DNA of 46,116 nucleotides from a virus (Duplodnaviria; Heunggongvirae; Uroviricota; Caudoviricetes): IMG/VR virus record IMGVR_UViG_2565956722_000005, positions 1 to 46,116 of that record; one strand, 5' to 3'. Shown piece by piece: positions 25,897 to 34,881 of this stretch (position 1 is its first letter; each line of letters starts with the position of its first letter). The notes under the pieces were generated by a model. It saw only the letters and a program-made list of their open reading frames with translations, ran no database searches and was not told where the DNA came from. The position numbers and the translations under genes were made by a program.

Positions 25897-26250
25897 CGTA
25901 ACCTGCCGGATCGCCGGAAAGGACCCGTTGGCCGTTCTGGTCTACTTCGTAATGGGATTTAATAGCTGAACGACAAAAGTCTTGCGACCACAGTCACACA
26001 GACCTGAATACACGTCCTGTTTCTTCCACCCCCGCACAGGACTGGCGAGCATGAGGGACACCCCCGCGAACCATAAACGCGGTAAAAACCCGGTGTGCAT
26101 CGTTTTTGATTATTCCCGCACACTCACGCAGAAGGAATTCCCCGTCGGGCTACGGTCATGGTTAATGCGGGAATACGGCGACGATACAGCGCTGCTAAAA
26201 GGGTAATGAACAGATAGAGCGGTTTATTTCATTACACAGGATTCTGAGTG

Positions 26251-26260
26251 CCCCCCCCCC
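26251..26260. repeat. C10 homopolymer tract followed by TCCTCC
   Basis: gtg-cccccccccc-tcctcc read directly; lies between cos and bor, about 117 bp upstream of the bor start. Confidence 0.9.
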
Positions 26261-26376
26261 TCCTCCAATAGGCTGAGCATCCACCTATATAGTTTTAATT
26301 TTCATCAATCCATTTAACTATCGTTTAATTGTTGTCACATAGGATTCTGCCGTTTTTAACAATGCAGGATAATAAG

Positions 26377-26670
26377 ATGAAAAAAATGTTGTTTTCTGCC
26401 GCTCTGGCAATGCTTATTACAGGATGTGCTCAACAGACGTTTACTGTTGGAAACAAACCGACAGCAGTAACACCAAAGGAAACCATCACCCATCATTTCT
26501 TCGTTTCGGGAATTGGACAGGAGAAAACTGTTGATGCAGCCAAAATTTGTGGCGGCGCAGAAAATGTTGTTAAAACAGAAACCCAGCAAACATTCGTAAA
26601 TGGATTTCTCGGTTTTATTACTTTAGGCATTTATACTCCGCTGGAAGCGCGTGTGTATTGCTCACAATAA
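26377..26670 (+). CDS. bor: Bor lipoprotein (serum-resistance family)
   Basis: MKKMLFSAALAMLITGCAQQTFTV... with lipobox LITGC; lambda Bor-like; track ORF has an upstream extension. Confidence 0.9.
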   Translation: MKKMLFSAALAMLITGCAQQTFTVGNKPTAVTPKETITHHFFVSGIGQEKTVDAAKICGGAENVVKTETQQTFVNGFLGFITLGIYTPLEARVYCSQ

Positions 26671-26701
26671 TTGCATGAGTTGCCCATCGATATGGGCAGC
26701 T

Positions 26702-27175
26702 CTATCTGCACTGCTCATTAATATACTTCTGGGTTCCTTCCAGTTGTTTTTGCATAGTGATCAGCCTCTCTCTGAGGGTGAAATAATCCCGTTCAGCGGT
26801 GTCTGCCAGTCGGGGGGAGGCTGCATTATCCACGCCGGAGGCGGTGGTGGCTTCACGCACTGACTGACAGACTGCTTTGATGTGCAACCGACGACGACCA
26901 GCGGCAACATCATCACGCAGAGCATCATTTTCAGCTTTCGCATCAGCTAACTCCTTCGTGTATTTTGCATCGAGCGCAGCAACATCACGCTGACGCATCT
27001 GCATGTCAGTAATTGCCGCGTTCGCCAGCTTCAGTTCTCTGGCATTTTTGTCGCGCTGGGCTTTGTAGGTAATGGCGTTATCACGGTAATGATTAACAGC
27101 CCATGACAGGCAGACGATGATGCAGATAACCAGAGCGGAGATAATCGCGGTTACTCTGTTCATTGCTGACCCCAC
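26702..27175 (-). CDS. Rz: spanin inner-membrane subunit Rz
   Basis: Lambda Rz-like (…[26 protein letters not shown]…); start may be the internal Met at 27163. Confidence 0.9.
   Translation of the reverse strand: MGSAMNRVTAIISALVICIIVCLSWAVNHYRDNAITYKAQRDKNARELKLANAAITDMQMRQRDVAALDAKYTKELADAKAENDALRDDVAAGRRRLHIKAVCQSVREATTASGVDNAASPRLADTAERDYFTLRERLITMQKQLEGTQKYINEQCR
26761..26943 (-). CDS. Rz1: spanin outer-membrane lipoprotein subunit Rz1, embedded in Rz in +1 frame
   Basis: 60 aa [22 protein letters not shown]... with lipobox and Pro-rich region, entirely inside Rz. Confidence 0.88.
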   Translation of the reverse strand: MRKLKMMLCVMMLPLVVVGCTSKQSVSQCVKPPPPPAWIMQPPPDWQTPLNGIISPSERG

Positions 27176-27657
27176 AAACAGATTTCACGCTCAATCTCAC
27201 GACGAGTCATGAGACCTTTCCATTGCTTACCGCCAGCATATGTCCAGCGACGTAGCTGATCACATGCGCCTTTGATATCGCCCTGGTTTATTTTGCGAAG
27301 AAGCGTCGATGTTCTGAAATTGCCAGCACCCACGTTGTAAACGAATGAGTAAAGAGCGCCGCGCGTTGTTTCCGGTATATCGACTTTGATGTACGGGTTA
27401 ATTTGTCTGGCGACAGTGGCAAGGTCTTTATTCAAGAGTGCTTTGCATTCTGCTTTGGTATACGTTTTACCGAGCATGATGTCTTTTCCTGTATGCCCGT
27501 GACATACAGTCCATACACCAACAATATCTTTGTATGGTATGTAGCTGACACCCTCCAGACCATCGTTACCACTTGAGCCAGTGATTAACACTGATGCTAT
27601 AGCAATTGCTCCGCCACCAATAGCAGCAGCAACGGCTTTTCGTAATGATGGAGGCAT
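27160..27657 (-). CDS. R: SAR endolysin (phage 21 R-type lysozyme)
   Basis: 165 aa; Gly/Ala-rich N-terminal SAR helix ([20 protein letters not shown]) then lysozyme core, as phage 21 R. Confidence 0.88.
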   Translation of the reverse strand: MPPSLRKAVAAAIGGGAIAIASVLITGSSGNDGLEGVSYIPYKDIVGVWTVCHGHTGKDIMLGKTYTKAECKALLNKDLATVARQINPYIKVDIPETTRGALYSFVYNVGAGNFRTSTLLRKINQGDIKGACDQLRRWTYAGGKQWKGLMTRREIEREICLWGQQ

Positions 27658-27872
27658 TATTCACCTCTCGCAGCCTTGCGCTTATCTTCTTTAATCTTGA
27701 AATAAAGGTTTGTCAGGTACGTCAGCAAGCCAAATACCAAGCTACCCAGCACACCTATTGCTGCCCACTGTGAGGGCGTGACTTTATCGAGCAGCTGTAA
27801 AAACCAGTAGCCAGCACTGCCTGCGGAGGTGCCGTAGGCAATGCCCGTTGTTAACTTATCCATGGATTTCAT
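27657..27872 (-). CDS. S: pinholin S (phage 21 S-type) with dual-start motif
   Basis: 71 aa [14 protein letters not shown]...; two in-frame ATGs at 27872 and 27863; stop overlaps R start. Confidence 0.88.
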   Translation of the reverse strand: MKSMDKLTTGIAYGTSAGSAGYWFLQLLDKVTPSQWAAIGVLGSLVFGLLTYLTNLYFKIKEDKRKAARGE

Positions 27873-27970
27873 AGCCTCACCTCCGCAAATAACGGATGGT
27901 GTACACGGTTCGGAACGAAGAGGAAAGGTATAGAAGTTACATTAGCGTAAGGCTTGAACATCTATTCAAA

Positions 27971-27998
27971 AAGAAAAACGCCAGCGATTATTCTGGCG
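27971..27998 (-). terminator. intrinsic terminator downstream of the AraC-family gene
   Basis: Stem CGCCAG/CTGGCG (27979-27984 / 27993-27998) with 8-nt loop, followed on the minus strand by a T-rich run. Confidence 0.6.
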
Positions 27999-28060
27999 TA
28001 GCTGAAAGCATCATACAATTATCAAATACGAAAATTACAAAATCATTAAAACGCATCACG

Positions 28061-28792
28061 TTACATCATGTCTTTTTCTAAAAAAAGTCTTGATGAATAT
28101 TGATGGGGAGGAACACCAAAATATCTTCTGAAAACACTCACAAAATATGACGTGTTTTCATAACCGCATATCTCAGCAACTTTTCCAACAGAATATAAAC
28201 TGTAGCTTAATAACCTTTCCGCCATCACCATTCGCTCTTCAAGAATTAACTTACTAAATGATAAGCCTTCGTGCTTTAATTTTCTTTTTAACAGACTTTC
28301 ACTCAGATACAGTCTTGAAGATATATCACAAAGTCTCCATGCTGCAGATATATCCGTGTGAATAATAGCCTTAACTTTACTTCCTAAACTATTAAGACAT
28401 CCAAATAAAAAACTTTGCACTATTTTCTCTGAAGATAAGATAGCAAGACATGCAAGTGATATTTGATTTCTAACAAAATCCACAGTTCTGCCATCACAAT
28501 TCAAGCATGCAATCAAGTTCTTTAACAATGAAAAATCTTCACATTCCACCATCAAGTATGCCGGATAAAACCTTCTTACAGAAAAAGGTGAGAGTGTGTT
28601 GCTTTTAAAGAAATCATTAACTGTTTTCTCTTCAACATCTACGATCATTACATGATCTATATTTGATGAAAAAAAATCTTTTAAATTGTAATCAATGAGA
28701 ACAGCACTTCCTTTTTTAAACAAAATATCTTCTTTACCAATTCGGACATCAAACGAGTTCAACACCAAAATGATAGAACATATGTATGGCAT
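28061..28792 (-). CDS. AraC/XylS-family transcriptional regulator (AT-rich accessory gene)
   Basis: C-terminal HTH_AraC-like region (...YENTSYFVSVFRRYFGVPPHQY); first ATG at 28792 with AGGTGG upstream (track start 28801 is GTG); AT-rich. Confidence 0.75.
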   Translation of the reverse strand: MPYICSIILVLNSFDVRIGKEDILFKKGSAVLIDYNLKDFFSSNIDHVMIVDVEEKTVNDFFKSNTLSPFSVRRFYPAYLMVECEDFSLLKNLIACLNCDGRTVDFVRNQISLACLAILSSEKIVQSFLFGCLNSLGSKVKAIIHTDISAAWRLCDISSRLYLSESLLKRKLKHEGLSFSKLILEERMVMAERLLSYSLYSVGKVAEICGYENTSYFVSVFRRYFGVPPHQYSSRLFLEKDMM

Positions 28793-29143
28793 ATTATCCA
28801 CCTGATATCATTGGGGTTACACCAGGTAAGTATAGGTGGAAAATCAATATTCGCCAGTTCAACAATAAGGAAAATCTCATTGCATCACAAGTATAAAATT
28901 ATGTATTTAACTCACAAAGACAAATTATTAAACCAATCTGTTATATTATATATAGCTGCGTGGAATCATAATATTATATATTTTGACTGGCATGTTTACC
29001 AACTTTAAGTTGCATCTCAATGGTTTCTTCAGCGTAAACAGAGTTTTTATACAAACTGACACTCTGGGTATCATAGTGTAGTTTTTACGATTGTAAATAT
29101 CCTGCATGCAGGAACTCATCCTTTTGGATGATATCGCATACAA

Positions 29144-30103
29144 TTAATTTACCATCAGTCTTAGAGCCAGTTCGTCCGGATAGGGATCGAAGTAATTCTG
29201 TGTAAGCAAGTAATCATTAGGATACTCACCCAGATAATGCTTCAGCAGAGTCAACGGCGCAAGAAGAGGTAATGTGCCAGAACGATAGTTAAGTATAACC
29301 TCGCTCAACTCTTTACGCTGGCGTGTACTTAAGTAGTTACTAAAATACCCCTGTATATGCATCAGCACATTCGTGTGATTTTTACGTGATGCAGGTTTTC
29401 TGAGAATCGCCATCAGCTTATCACGATACACCTCAAAGTATGATTCAAGGTCCGCCCACTCGTGTATTGCAGCCACAAATGGTCCCATATCTTTATAGCC
29501 TGCCTGACTATGCGCCAACAACTGAAGCTTATAACGACTATGAAAAGCTAATAACTCTCTTCTTGATAATTTCTCCTTGTAAAGGTGATTGAGCTCATGC
29601 AAAGCAAAAACTCTTTCAACAAAATTCTCACGAAGCACTGGATCATGTAATCGCCCATCCTCTTCAACCGGTAGCCAGGAAAACTTTTCCATCAAAGTGC
29701 TCGTAAATAGTCCCACTCCATCTTTACGACCTCGATTACCATTTTCATCATAGACACGCACGCGCTCCATGCCACAGCTGGGAGATTTAGCACAAACCAC
29801 AAACCCCGATACATCCTTTAATTTGTCCATATAAGAACGACTAAACTCTGTCATTCTCTCTGTCACATCCTCATTCTGGTCGTGGCTGAAACACATCCGT
29901 ATATTTCCTTGCGTCGAGCGCACAAGACGTAGAGCAGGACGCGGAACTGGCAGCCCTATAGCCATTTCCGGACATACTGGTCTGAATGTTACCCATTCCA
30001 CTAATTTGTCCATTAAAAAGTCAGCTCTTTTGTGACCACCATCAAAACGAACAGCAGAGCCGGCCAAACAACCGCTGATTCCAATCACAGGTTTTTTTAT
30101 CAT
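29144..30103 (-). CDS. DUF523/DUF1722 fusion protein (YbgA-like)
   Basis: N-terminus VIGISGCLAG...VRFDGGHK with conserved Cys, C-terminal DUF1722-like helical region; family assigned from memory. Confidence 0.6.
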   Translation of the reverse strand: MIKKPVIGISGCLAGSAVRFDGGHKRADFLMDKLVEWVTFRPVCPEMAIGLPVPRPALRLVRSTQGNIRMCFSHDQNEDVTERMTEFSRSYMDKLKDVSGFVVCAKSPSCGMERVRVYDENGNRGRKDGVGLFTSTLMEKFSWLPVEEDGRLHDPVLRENFVERVFALHELNHLYKEKLSRRELLAFHSRYKLQLLAHSQAGYKDMGPFVAAIHEWADLESYFEVYRDKLMAILRKPASRKNHTNVLMHIQGYFSNYLSTRQRKELSEVILNYRSGTLPLLAPLTLLKHYLGEYPNDYLLTQNYFDPYPDELALRLMVN

Positions 30104-30295
30104 ATTCTCCCCCTTGACTAATTCATTAACACATAAACTGTGTAGTGCACGGAATAAATTGCCTTTCTGGCGTCATCACTGACAATTTTTCTGTTATAGA
30201 CTATTCCTAATATAGTATGAAAGTTCTTTAAGTGATCGGTCGTAATCATCTATCTTTCATACTTACTCTCAACTATCAAAAGTACAGGATTTATT

Positions 30296-30820
30296 ATGAA
30301 GTTATGGCCTGTGTTGACTGGCATTGCACTCTCTTTCACTCTTATAGCATGTAAGGCCCCGACACCACCTAAAGGTGTGCAGCCGATTACAAATTTTGAC
30401 GCCAACCGCTACCTCGGAAAATGGTATGAAATAGCTCGCCTCGAGAACCGGTTCGAACGTGGTCTGGAACAGGTCAGCGCTACCTATGGAAAACGGAACG
30501 ACGGAGGGATTCGTGTACTTAACCGTGGATACGATCCAACGAAAAATAAATGGAGCGAGAGCGAAGGTAAAGCATACTTTACTGGAGATACTAAAACTGC
30601 AGCGTTGAAGGTTTCGTTTTTTGGCCCCTTCTATGGTGGCTATAATGTAATCAAACTGGATGATGAGTATAAGTATGCTCTTGTCAGTGGTCCGAACAGA
30701 GAATACCTATGGATTCTGGCAAGGACCCCAACTATTCCAGATAAAGTAAAAGCAGACTATGTGCGAACCGCTCAAAAGTTGGGATTCAATGTCAATGAAT
30801 TATTATGGGTTAAACAATAA
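30296..30820 (+). CDS. bacterial lipocalin (Blc-like outer membrane lipoprotein)
   Basis: Lipobox LIAC; motifs NFDANRYLGKWYEIARLENRFERG and KVSFFGPFYGGYNVI closely resemble E. coli Blc. Confidence 0.85.
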   Translation: MKLWPVLTGIALSFTLIACKAPTPPKGVQPITNFDANRYLGKWYEIARLENRFERGLEQVSATYGKRNDGGIRVLNRGYDPTKNKWSESEGKAYFTGDTKTAALKVSFFGPFYGGYNVIKLDDEYKYALVSGPNREYLWILARTPTIPDKVKADYVRTAQKLGFNVNELLWVKQ

Positions 30821-30848
30821 AATCCCTACCCGAAATAATACTTATTAG

Positions 30849-30875
30849 AAAAAAACCAGCCTTTGGGGAGGCTGG
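30849..30875 (-). terminator. intrinsic terminator downstream of Q (tR-prime-like, late operon)
   Basis: Stem CCAGCCT/AGGCTGG (30856-30862 / 30869-30875), loop TTGGGG, then T7 on the minus strand (plus-strand A-run 30849-30855); about 100 nt past the Q stop. Confidence 0.7.
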
Positions 30876-30975
30876 CTAAATCAGGAAACAAGCTGTTATA
30901 TGATAATAACTACGTTGCGATTCCAACATTTAAAATGTTAGACTAATGAGAATCAGACAGCAACTTTTCCTTTAA

Positions 30976-31353
30976 TTATTTCGAACAATCAGCATCCATC
31001 TCCAATCGGAGATCCAACACCATCAGCATACCCTCCACTACGCCCTCAGCTTTCTGGAGCATCCTGCCAACCCAACAATCAGATCGCCCATGCTTACGTG
31101 CAAGCGCCATAAAAGTCATGCCGCCGACATAATAGTCCACCAATAAATCATGCAAATCGCTGTTGTTCTTTTTCAGACGGGCCATGCACCCGCAAATGAT
31201 CATCGCGTCATCGTCACAACATTGCGGGCGAGATTTTACTTTTGAAGGAATTAATCCCTTAAAACCGGCGGCAATGGACGACCAGGTCACATCTTCATGA
31301 TTATTAGCCGCCCACGCTCCCCAACGCTCAAGAACCATCTGAATATCACGCAT
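30976..31353 (-). CDS. quuD: late-gene antiterminator Q (QuuD-like)
   Basis: [24 protein letters not shown]...[13 protein letters not shown] resembles DLP12 QuuD; ATG at 31353 (track start 31368 is TTG). Confidence 0.85.
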   Translation of the reverse strand: MRDIQMVLERWGAWAANNHEDVTWSSIAAGFKGLIPSKVKSRPQCCDDDAMIICGCMARLKKNNSDLHDLLVDYYVGGMTFMALARKHGRSDCWVGRMLQKAEGVVEGMLMVLDLRLEMDADCSK

Positions 31354-31575
31354 CAACTTACTCCACAAAACTCAGACCAGAACGCCAATTACAAGCAAAA
31401 ATCAACAAAACAGTATTAGTTGATTGTTATCTCTGACTTCATACTCCTGCTCCTGTCAGTGTTTTGGCGTAATTCTTCAGTATTCGGTAATCGGTCAAAA
31501 CAGAGCCGGGGAAACGATATAAGCGCAGACGCCCCCAGCGGTGGCGAAGAAGTTCTGCCATATTAAACTCAAACA

Positions 31576-31939
31576 TCATTCATTCCCCATTTCGGTGATG
31601 GTCAGTTCCAGCCTCCCACCTTTGGTAACAGGCATCTTCACAACGCGGTAATCAACGACCTGAGCATCATCCAGCCAGAAACCTGCTTTAGTGAGTGCGT
31701 CAAAAGCGGCTTTTTGCAGATTATCCAGGTCACGGCTACGGCGATCCGGCATGTGGCACTCAATGCGGATTTTCACAGGCATAGCCAGGCCGATATCCAG
31801 CATTGCGTTTTTAATGATTCGGGCGACGTTATCGCGGTATGCCTGCCCCCTCTGCACTGACGTGCGTGCGCCCGCGATTATGGCGGTAATAGCGATTATT
31901 GCTCGGAGGCCAGGGTAATGTGATACTGTAGGTATTCAC
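31576..31939 (-). pseudogene. rusA: rusA Holliday-junction resolvase, disrupted by a 1-nt insertion in a G5 run
   Basis: GTG at 31939 encodes [31 protein letters not shown], then stops; the rest of RusA ([12 protein letters not shown]...TITEMGNE) continues in another frame from 31857; span is 364 nt versus 363 expected. Confidence 0.6.
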
Positions 31940-32226
31940 GCCTTAATAACCCCCTCTTTCAGCCAGATAACCTGTGTTCTCGCCATACCTTCCAGCGCGC
32001 ATTCTTTTGCATATGCAGCATCGACAAAATGTGTGCGGCGGTCGATTTCGTCGTGGCAGGCAGAACATGCAATGGTGGCAATCAGGTCTGGCGGTTTGAT
32101 ACCGGTACCGCACAATCCAGCCAGCCGGATATGTGCCAGTACAGACGTTTCAGAATTGCCATTACATACGCCAGGGATTCTTACCTGGCATTCCCGACCA
32201 CGCGCTGCTTTTCTCAAATCAGCCAT
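31936..32226 (-). CDS. ybcO: YbcO-like protein (DUF1364, putative nuclease)
   Basis: [23 protein letters not shown]... from ATG 32226 with GGAGG upstream; stop overlaps the rusA GTG. Confidence 0.8.
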   Translation of the reverse strand: MADLRKAARGRECQVRIPGVCNGNSETSVLAHIRLAGLCGTGIKPPDLIATIACSACHDEIDRRTHFVDAAYAKECALEGMARTQVIWLKEGVIKA

Positions 32227-32389
32227 GATTCCTCCTTGCTGCCAGTCGCAACCATTTTTTATCAACCAGGCTAGCGGTATATCCGAGCAGTGTTGGTATT
32301 TCGGATGGCTTCAGCTCAGGCTTACGCTTACGACGATTTGATACTCTGTAGATGTGTCCGTTCATGACACGAATAAGCGGTGTAGCCAT
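32219..32389 (-). CDS. ninE: NinE-like small basic protein (not in ORF track)
   Basis: 56 codons translated by hand ([27 protein letters not shown]...); ATG overlaps ybcN stop (TAATG) with AGGAGG upstream; 3' end overlaps ybcO start. Confidence 0.6.
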   Translation of the reverse strand: MATPLIRVMNGHIYRVSNRRKRKPELKPSEIPTLLGYTASLVDKKWLRLAARRNHG

Positions 32390-32844
32390 TACGCCTCCTG
32401 CTTGTCGCGGAGCAGCTGGAACTCGCAGCTCTGCGGAATAGTCAGGTGGCAGCCAATATTCACCGCCCAGGCTTCAACCTTACACAGGAAGACATACATC
32501 TCTCCGGTATCAAGATCGGAGGTATGGCGTAACGACTGGATAGTGGTGATATCACCGGTTACGACATCAACCAGGTCTTTGGTTTCATAACCGAGATATG
32601 TGTGTTTGAGAGCATCTTTTACCCAAGCTGGAGTGGCGAACGTTTTACCCCTGCTGATGAGGTATTCACTGATTTCGCTGTACCACATGTGGCTGAGTGC
32701 ATTCTGGGAAAGACTGCGTTTCTCACGCCACGGTTTAAGCACCATGCGAAAGCATTTGCCCTCCTCCAGATAAGGCTGGATCTGCCGACCGATAGCGGTG
32801 AAGTTGCCGCGATGTAATTTGATGCCGTCTTGTGAGAGGTTCAC
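32389..32844 (-). CDS. ybcN: YbcN-like protein (DUF1367)
   Basis: 151 aa [27 protein letters not shown]... matches remembered DLP12 YbcN. Confidence 0.8.
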
Positions 32845-32965
32845 GCTTCACCTCCGCAGAGGTCAAACGCTAGATGCAAAGAATTGCAGGTGCATTTCTG
32901 CATCTGTGAAGGGAGAAGAGAGTTTGGATTGTATGTGCGCATAAACGTCCCCGTTTAGCGCAGAA

Positions 32966-32994
32966 GTCACCGGAGTTGTTCAGGCTCCGGTGAC
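32966..32994 (-). terminator. perfect 10-bp stem hairpin downstream of ybcM (candidate terminator or regulatory stem-loop)
   Basis: GTCACCGGAG ... CTCCGGTGAC with 9-nt loop; only a weak U-run follows on the minus strand. Confidence 0.4.
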
Positions 32995-33058
32995 ATAATT
33001 ATGCCGTGTTGATTTCCCAAAATCAAAATCGATAGAATTGCTCCTTCTTAAAACACTT

Positions 33059-33856
33059 TTACTCTCTGGAAGCTTTTCTTATCTCTCTTGGTGTTATATT
33101 AAAACGATTATGAAATCTTTCAGTAAAACGAGAAGGACACTTATAACCATTTTCTCTGGCAATCTCGCTTATAGGTTTTACCGTCGTTTGTATAGCAGAC
33201 AACGCATTATTTAACCTCACATCGTCCAGTATACTTTGGAAACTTACCCCCTCGCTTGCTAGACGGCGATGTAATGTAGAAACAGAAATGTAGAGATATC
33301 GAGCAACCTTGTTTGCTGTCCATTTTGTGCCGGGTTCGGATAGCAGCAGGTTATAACAACGACTTATCAATGATTGTTTACTATATGATAAAAGTAAATG
33401 ATTAACATGATTCACTCCTAACGAAAGTAGAACGCCCATTGCTAAGTGCTCCTGAATTTTAGTTGAGAAGCCTCGGGAAACAGATGTTTTTAGTTGCTCC
33501 CAACAATATATTAACTCAGGATTCTGAGGTAAAAAGAAACTTGTTTTGTTACGTATTTGATCAGTTACCGTATAAAGTTTTTGGAAACTCTCAATTAAAT
33601 CAATGGGTAAGTAAAGCATTTCTGCAAGATAAAGCCCTGCTTCAGGATAATTCTCAATATAAAATTCATAACCACAAGGAAATAATATTATTTGATTATT
33701 ATCAACAGTTAAAGTATGCGTCTCCCAATTGATAACTTTCTTTCCCTGACGGATACGACACAAAGCTGGCATAAGAGGCTTAACCCTATGAATCTCATGA
33801 TGTTTATGCATCCGTATTTCTTCGATCTTTAAGTTAGTCTTACCTCTTGCCAGCAT
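33059..33856 (-). CDS. ybcM: AraC-family transcriptional regulator (YbcM-like)
   Basis: 265 aa; C-terminal AraC HTH (...[28 protein letters not shown]); DLP12 ybcM-like position. Confidence 0.8.
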
Positions 33857-33865
33857 ACTCTCACC

Positions 33866-34417
33866 CTACTTTATCTCATAAACTGGTGTTATCTCAGCGG
33901 TTGCGATTTTATTAGCATTAAGCATATAACCAACTAACGCTCCGCTGGAGTTAGAATCTACAGGAATCTTTTCAGTTTTTAGAGCCCATACTTTAAACTG
34001 GTAATGATGTGGTTTATCTCCTTTAGGAGGACACGCGCCACCAAACCCAGCATAGCCAAAATCATTTCGGCCTTGAACAGCACCAGTCGGCAGTTTTGTT
34101 CCATCACGTCTCCCTGCATCAACGGGCAAATATGTTATTGTTGCTGGAATATTAACAACAGTCCAATGCCACCAACCACTGCCTGTAGGTGCATCTGGAT
34201 CATATACAGTTACGGCAAAGCTTTTGGTACCTTCAGGAACACCAGACCAGGTTAATGAGGGCGATGTATTACCACCTTCACACCCAAATCCAGAAAAGAC
34301 ATGAGACGTTGTAAGTTGCTCTCCTGTTTTTATTTCATTACTAGTGACCTGAAATGCTGCAGCCTGCGCAGAAAATGTTATGAATGCCAATACAGTTGAA
34401 ACGATAAGTGTTTTCAT
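33866..34417 (-). CDS. ybcL: secreted PEBP/RKIP-family protein (YbcL-like)
   Basis: Signal peptide then PEBP-like motifs (YDPDAP, GWWHW, HHYQF); DLP12 YbcL-like. Confidence 0.85.
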   Translation of the reverse strand: MKTLIVSTVLAFITFSAQAAAFQVTSNEIKTGEQLTTSHVFSGFGCEGGNTSPSLTWSGVPEGTKSFAVTVYDPDAPTGSGWWHWTVVNIPATITYLPVDAGRRDGTKLPTGAVQGRNDFGYAGFGGACPPKGDKPHHYQFKVWALKTEKIPVDSNSSGALVGYMLNANKIATAEITPVYEIK

Positions 34418-34633
34418 AAAAACCTCTTTGTTATGACCTATCGTTATTTTATTTGATATTCCTTTATCTCATTATGCATAAAGGCGCAATTTTTATGCAA
34501 AAGCAATCACAATTGTACCCCCAACCCAATTATTTGCCACAATATACACAAAGCACATTGATACTATCTAAAAACTCTGCTTTATTATTAGTAATACCTA
34601 CGAAAGTCGGTGTTATTTTTTAACCTATCATTC

Positions 34634-34683
34634 AAAATACGTGACATACACCATTTTGCTCATAATAATTTGTCACGTATTTT
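34634..34683. repeat. 13-bp perfect inverted repeat AAAATACGTGACA / TGTCACGTATTTT with 24-bp spacer
   Basis: Read directly at 34634-34646 and 34671-34683 in the AT-rich ybcK-ybcL intergenic region. Confidence 0.85.
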
Positions 34684-34881
34684 CAGTATTTGAATCTGCG
34701 ACCAAGAGTTCTCACCTGACAAATGATTAAGATTGTATAGCTCATTTACTACCCCAATACAGCCGTACAAAACTCGCTTGTGGGAGCAAACAAAGTAATT
34801 ACCCATTAAGTTTCGTCAAAGATAATTAATTCTGTCTTGCACTTTATCACCATAGCATAACTTAAAATCCGAGATCATTAT

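Noticed and set aside
25982-26206. 74-aa plus-strand ORF between cos and bor
   Set aside because: No RBS or family resemblance; lies in the expected cosQ-proximal non-coding region, so treated as probably non-coding.
30450-30457. tRNA T-loop-like GGTTCGAA
   Set aside because: It lies inside the lipocalin coding sequence (encodes NRFERG) with no surrounding cloverleaf; no tRNA gene is supported anywhere in the window.
31484-31561. Possible small gene between rusA and Q (ylcG position)
   Set aside because: Only a 20-codon ORF without RBS was found by hand translation, so not called.
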